From Amoebophrya sp. A120 (lineage: Eukaryota; Protista; Dinoflagellata), in assembly GCA_905178155.1 (NCBI GenBank), contig CAJINV010000011.1, positions 369,914 to 433,913 of the forward strand: 64,000 nucleotides of DNA, given 5' to 3'. Of this stretch, positions 59,501-64,000 are shown one piece after another. The notes under the pieces are model-generated. The model was not told the origin of the DNA, searched no databases, and worked only from the letters and a program-made list of their open reading frames with translations. Each line of letters starts with the position of its first letter. The stretch's first letter is position 1. Both the position numbers and the translations under genes were made by a program.

Positions 59501-62500
59501 AGTCTACGTCGCGCGATTCCCGATCCCGTAGACGGCCCGGCTTTATGATTTCGCGTGAAAAGCGATCGAACCCGGGGGAAACGCGGGTTCGGGACGAGGA
59601 GCGGCAGCCGCCTGTGGTTGCGCTTGGCTCGCAAATATCGCATCCAGGCGGTCAGCGCTTTTCGCTCGTAAGTTGCCTTGCCGTTGCTCGAGTGGTCCTC
59701 TGGCTGCGAGGAACAAGTTCTTGCACCTTTACCTTCCTGTTGTTCTCTCGTCGTCGCCGCCCTCGAGGACGTCGCTGAAAACCGGTTCAGCTCCACCAAC
59801 CTTCGCTGGTCTTGGTTCGTGAATTGCTGCTGCTTGCCCACCAGCCCCGGCGTGTAGGGGACGAAGCAAAGCCGGTTCAGAAATCTCCGTTCGCTGGCAG
59901 CGGAAACCAGGACACGGCCTTTTTTATCTTTCCTGTCGAACAACCGGATCATTTTTCGACCGTCGTCTGCATTGCTAGAACTTGTTGTCGTGCTACAAGA
60001 AGAGGATCCAGACGAGGAACTAGAAGAAGAACAGCCCGAGGACTGACCACCGTCGCTGTCCGCCGAATCAACCTCCACATCGCTTTCCAACACGGGGCAG
60101 TAGGCGTCTAATTCCTTGCCGCGCCGCATCCACGGCGGTTCGACTGCCTTGTCCGTCTCCGGCTCGTCCTTGGAGGTCGTTGTTTTCTTTTTAGCAGCGG
60201 TTGCCTTCAGCTCCTTCATCTCCTCAACGTACTCCCGAACGTACGCGGGATCGTAACTCACCTTGATCCAGGGAACAAATTGCTTGGCTTTCCTCTTCTT
60301 CGACGCGGCCCCTTGCAGCTTCTTTATCTTGTTGTTTCCGCGGGGGTTTTTGTTCGCTCTGCTCTTATTCTCCTCTCTACTTACTTGTGAAGATCGTGCT
60401 TCGTAGTTCCTACATACCTCCCTCCGATATCGCTGCAGAGCCCCCGGCATCCGGAAGAGATCGGTGAACGAACAACCGACTCGGCCGCGTTTTTTGGCAC
60501 GACCAATTGGATTTTTTGTTGTTCCACCCGGAGCTGCTGCTGCATTTGTTTCACGCAGCCGGCTGTTGGCTCCAAAGATAACCATGGCCTCCAACTGCTT
60601 CCGCATTTTCGTAAGGTGTATCCTGTGCAAAAGTATCGCACCCGTAGTATGTAATTGCAGTCATGCATTACAAATTTCTTTCTGAAGCTAAATCCGCATC
60701 ACAAATTTTATTTTTCATGCTGAAGAAATTTGTAATGCATTTATGCGAGTACGATACTTTTCACATGCATACGGTGCGCCGCTGCGGGGTCGGGGGTAGA
60801 CGCTCCTGCGAGAACCGGGGTGGTGAAGGTGCAGCGGATTGGAAATTGGGGATTCAACTTACCCAAACTCAACTTACCCAAAAATTTTATTAGCGATTTT
60901 TTATAGCTAGAAAGCATGCTGATTTGTAATGCCTAAAAGGAGTAGCTATGATTAACTAGGTAGTAATTTATATAGCTAATTAAGGGCGTTTTCAGGCGTG
61001 TGTAGAACCCGCAACCCCCGCTACCAACGATCACGGATTCCCCTCCGCTACCAACGATCGCGGAGGCTGGGCTGCGTTGCCACCGCGTTGCGACACCATC
61101 CACAAGCTTCGTAGCTTGGTTGGATTTCTACGCGAAGTGATAGCATGCGAGAGGTATTGAAGTATTCTATTTCTTATGCCCTTGAATTGAAAAAAATACG
61201 AGGCGTCTTTTTTTTTCTATTCGCGATGGTATGATGATTTTTTGTCAATCCAAGACCTAGCAGCGGGGAGGGGGATCAATCATTCCCCTGATCCATGCCT
61301 AAAAATATATTGCTTCCCCGATGCTATGCCCCATGAAAAAGCAATATAATTTGACTTGATAGCATCAACTCGAAGCAGTTTTGTCATGAAATACAGCATT
61401 GCTGGGGAGGGGATCCGTGATCGTTGGTAGCGGAGGATGCGCCTTCCACACACGCCGGAAAGCGTCCTCTTCGAAATAGCTATTTACCTTAACTAGTAAG
61501 CGTAGATTTAACGGCGCCGGATAGTAAGTTCGGATAATAAGTAGCTAATTAAAATGGCTAGTTAAATTTTTGGGTAAGTTGAGTTTGGGTAAGTTGACGC
61601 AGGCATACTGCGAGAACGGGAGTTGCAAAGGTGCAGCGGATTGGAAATTGGGGATTCGAGTGGTCTATCAAATGTAAAAATGTCTGGGTCTGGAAGAATG
61701 CAACTTGTCATGCTAAATCTGCAGCATGCTAAAATCTGTGTTGCATGATTACCAAAAGATGCCCAATTTTGACCAAGTCGGAGGTAGTTTCTCATGCAGG
61801 ATAGGCATTAGAAAGGTCTAGCAGAATCTGTCATGCTAGCTCCGGCATTCCAGACCTCATGGGTCATGGAAAAGCAGCATGACAAGTCGCGCATTCTTCC
61901 AGACCCAGACATTTTTACACTTGATATGGTCGTAGGCAGCACGGGTCCACAACTGGTTTTTGATGAACAAAGCTCTCTGGTTAATATGGTCAATGTTCAT
62001 CTTGGGCGCCGTGGACACAGGACCTGCTGTTTTGCGGTTGCTGATCCCGGGTTGTTCATCGCGCATGCGGTTCGGCAGGTGCTGTCGAAGATGAACTTCT
62101 GTTGATGTTCCACTTGCAGCTTGTTTTTCCTGCGGTTCCGGAGAGGTAGCAGAATCCTGGTTCTTTTCAGAGAGACGGAGCTTGACCTGAATGAAGAATA
62201 AATGTTTTCATGTTCTTGTTGTACACACACACACACACACACATGCTTGACGACCGGAAAAAGAACTATATAAATCTGCTCAATTTGGTACAAATTTCTA
62301 CCTGTTCCCAGAGCTTCAAAAAGTCCCTCCGATTCGCGCTCATGTCGTTGCAAAACCCCTCGGGGAGCAACGCCTGTCCGCGGTCGTGCGCCGAACCGAA
62401 CGAAAGTTCTGCCTCAAACGCTACCTCGTGCATGAACTCTTGCTGCTCGCGCGTCTCCTGCTCCTGAATCCAGCGGCTGACCTCCGCGTCCCAAGAAGAA

Positions 62501-64000
62501 GTGAAGGGAAGAGCTGGAGTATGGCGTCCTCCTCTGTGCGTGCCAGGGTCGTGGTGGTCTACTTCCGCCCACACATCCTTTTCGTACGCCTTGTCCACGT
62601 CATTGGCTATCCAGTGGAGTTGGAGCTTGTGTGAAAGGCGGCGTAGTAGCTCCGGGGCGTCGACTTCGGCAACATCGGGTTTATGATTTTTCGGTTTGTT
62701 CGTGACATCATCGCCTTCGGAGGTTTCCGCAGCTCCGTTAGTGTCCGTGTCGGCCTCTTTCGTATAATCCTCGGACTCTCTTTCTGCAGTTCTTTCACTG
62801 TCACCTTCCGAGCAGGTCGGAGATGAGGCCCCCGACGAGGATGGCAAAAGCCGCTCTGCTTGCCTTCCGCCCGGCTCGTTCCGGGATAAAGTTCCTTCGG
62901 TTCTTCCGCAACTGCGATCCCGAAAATCGCCTTCTTCTTTCTGTGAACCATCGGATTCTTGCTCAAAAAAGTTGTTCGAACAGTACTTTTTCACGAGCCG
63001 CAGAATTTCTTTTTTTGTCCACTCCAGATCCGCTTGCGCCTCCATTGCACACCCGAATAGGTCATCTTCCTCTAGTGCATCTACTCCCGCAGAAGTCGCA
63101 TTTTCGACAAGCTTCGTGCCGTAAATCGGGTTTTGCAGGAGTAGAGGGAGGTAACTGCGCTCGTTATCAAATGTAAAAATGTCTGGGTCTGGAAGAATGC
63201 AGATTTTTGTCATGCTGTTTTTGCATGACACAAAGTGTCTGTCATGGAAGCCCTAGCATCACAGATTTCGAGAAGCTTCCGCATTGCTTAATCCGCATGA
63301 CAAATCCCCCATTTTGGTGACAGGAAGTGGGCGCCTTTTGCTGCCTATGCATGAGAGATTTGGCTGTGTTGTGAAATGCGTTTGCCAAGTTCGCATCCTT
63401 CCAGACCCAGACATTTTTACATTTGATACTCGTCCAGGTTGTCCAATTGCAGAAAGTCCGGACATTGATGCTCCGCTGAAAAATCCCCGTTTTGTCGAAG
63501 TAGATCATCTCGATCTCCGGTTCCGATCGTGTTGTTGCTTTTCAAGAAAGCTGCAGCATTTTTCGTGGACAATAATTCTCCAGGTCGCGTCGCGCTGGAT
63601 AATTTCCGCGTGCCACTACCCGGCGAGCGCGCGGATCTTGTTGTCTTGATTGACTTAGTACTGCTAGCCGAAGTAGGGGACAGCTTCTTGAACTCCTTTT
63701 CCGCGCACATTGCCGCTTTCAAAACCACGTTTTCTAAATCAACACCGTTCTTTTCCATGTCGCCCTGCCAGTAAGTGGACAGCCGAGGCGCTAAATGGCT
63801 GATGAAAAGTTCCTCGAACCGCGGACTTGATGACTTCGGGGTGGTAGAGTCGTTTTGATGTTGCCCGCAAGTATTCGTGGTGCTGCTGGGAGACAGATTC
63901 AGATGTCTACTACTCCTACTACTCCCCCCGCCCGGCGTTCGCTGCGCCACGAACTCCCGCCAGGCCTTATTGAGAGGAAAAATCCACCCTCCCCATATTG
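33131..64000 (-). CDS. Host gene A: giant multi-exon protein (>=~8,500 aa), K/R-rich and acidic low-complexity, one RanBP2-type zinc finger; 5' end beyond the window
   Basis: ORFs 63417-63950, 62266-63231, 61857-62066, 55147-60630, 53402-53683, 49028-53377, 39558-48317, 38419-39594, 35462-38005, 33603-34991 and 33131-33457 join in frame after removing 13 introners, three GT-AG introns and the 60.8-61.6 kb insertion. Confidence 0.75.
33483..33631. mobile_element. Introner, family 2 (TIR TATCCT..GCARAAGTATCGYACTCGTA)
   Basis: TIRs; perfect DR CAGAA; removal gives MMNSAVQPDFGLFSS. Confidence 0.9.
35017..35278. mobile_element. Introner, family 1 (opposite orientation to 18564-18825)
   Basis: TIRs; perfect DR GAAAG; removal gives LSLANFPGVSEIRVAEP. 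Confidence 0.9.
35324..35476. mobile_element. Introner, family 2
   Basis: TIRs; DR CACAA/CACGA; removal gives WLPFFVELQDCG. Confidence 0.87.
37952..38118. mobile_element. Introner, family 2
   Basis: TATGCATTGCAAAA...TTTTGCAATGCATA; DR GCCTT/GCTTT; removal gives HYPAVKAGLVQDHP. Confidence 0.87.
38155..38423. mobile_element. Introner, family 1
   Basis: TIRs; perfect DR CGGGA; removal gives AYVCPDGLTHY. Confidence 0.9.
39507..39662. mobile_element. Introner, family 2
   Basis: TIRs (left end GATCC rather than TATCC); DR GGCGT/GGTGT; removal gives FLDY(T/A)RQRAKDK. Confidence 0.85.
47550..47625 (-). other. RanBP2-type zinc finger motif within gene A
   Basis: AWTCFHCQFRNGARRITCRRCNAP matches W-x-C-x2-C-x3-N-x6-C-x2-C. 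Confidence 0.85.
48234..48451. mobile_element. Introner, family 4 (TIR TAYGACAGYGCACAACTYCCCCTCCCCCTCATTTGT)
   Basis: ~35-bp TIR; perfect DR TTCCA; removal gives RQADWWWKMDKTRR. Confidence 0.9.
48560..48709. mobile_element. Introner, family 2 (opposite orientation to 39507-39662)
   Basis: TIRs; perfect DR TTGGC; removal gives KWNKPRPMVHPW. Confidence 0.9.
48761..49039. mobile_element. Introner, family 5 (imperfect TIR TATC..GG.AA.AAC.TCCCCA..CCA)
   Basis: Perfect DR CGGCT; removal gives RKTGKPVSRPIQ. Confidence 0.85.
53210..53465. mobile_element. Introner, family 6 (long TIR ..GCTCAGRTGTTACARTCTCAAACGTTACAATAGARTCTGGAAT)
   Basis: ~60-bp TIR; perfect DR CTCTG; removal gives KKVLQRAAQKP. Confidence 0.9.
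53586..53683 (-). other. Predicted GT-AG intron carrying introner remnants
   Basis: AG|GTGTTATGCATTGC...AATTGCAG|G gives LRLSRRFIWKLREK. Confidence 0.6.
53768..54243. repeat. ~48-bp tandem array (~10 copies) of hairpin-forming units
   Basis: Unit AAAACCGTCCCGGGGCCAGGACGGTTTTTTCCGGGAGGGGCGCTGG. Confidence 0.9.
54263..54972. repeat. ~18-20-bp satellite built on the palindrome (C)CTCCGCGGAG(G)
   Basis: Dozens of CTCCGCGGAGG cores separated by TCGGGCAG, TCAGCTAC or CAAGCAAC linkers. Confidence 0.9.
60619..60771. mobile_element. Introner, family 2
   Basis: TIRs; DR AGGTG/CGGTG; removal gives DPAAAHLTKMRKQ. Confidence 0.87.
60854..61597. mobile_element. 744-bp TIR element lying between two copies of a 50-bp exon segment
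   Basis: TIR TCAACTTACCCAAACTCAACTTACCCAAAAATTT; internal IR CCGCTACCAACGATCACGGAT / ATCCGTGATCGTTGGTAGCGG; flanking repeats at 60806-60855 and 61608-61657. Confidence 0.85.
61666..61926. mobile_element. Introner, family 1
   Basis: TIRs; perfect DR TGGTC; removal gives TRAAYDHSNPQFP. Confidence 0.9.
62187..62301 (-). other. Predicted canonical GT-AG intron containing a (CA)n microsatellite
   Basis: CAG|GTAGAA...TTCATTCAG|GTC gives KLWEQVKLRLSEK. Confidence 0.75.
63165..63428. mobile_element. Introner, family 1
   Basis: TIRs; perfect DR CTCGT; removal gives DNLDERSYLPL. Confidence 0.9.

Noticed and set aside
61546-61561. TAGCCATTTT on the minus strand as a dinoflagellate spliced-leader relic
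   Set aside because: Only 10 nt match, and it lies inside a TIR element arm; likely chance.
16302-63508. Recurrent peptides KCKNVWVWK, KMSGSG and LPDPDIF as a protein domain
   Set aside because: They are translations of the family-1 TIR in different frames and strands.
21-63774. The many plus-strand ORFs in the track
   Set aside because: They are antisense shadows of long minus-strand ORFs or translations of repeats; none has recognisable motifs.

Overview
Eukaryotic DNA with all coding on the minus strand. The intron style resembles that described for the parasitic dinoflagellate Amoebophrya (inference from architecture only). Contents: (1) One or two very large host genes (gene A, >64000 to ~33131, at least ~8,500 aa; gene B, ~28600 to <1, at least ~3,400 aa). 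They can be reassembled in frame by hand. (2) Eighteen 150-280 bp non-GT-AG insertions ('introners') from about six TIR families. Nearly all have TA(T)...(A)TA ends, all have a 5-bp flanking direct repeat and internal TTGT[C/A/G]ATGC motifs, and removing each restores the host frame. (3) An 11.3-kb tyrosine-recombinase (DIRS/Ngaro-type) retrotransposon with an unusual two-cassette split-direct-repeat layout, A-gag-YR-B|A-RT/RNaseH-B, inserted into an exon at a 2-bp CT core. (4) A 4.7-kb TIR element with an 8-bp TSD and 91-bp subterminal arrays, also in an exon. (5) Two smaller TIR elements, one flanked by a 50-bp exon duplication. (6) A satellite-filled GT-AG intron. All splice models were derived by eye without RNA data.
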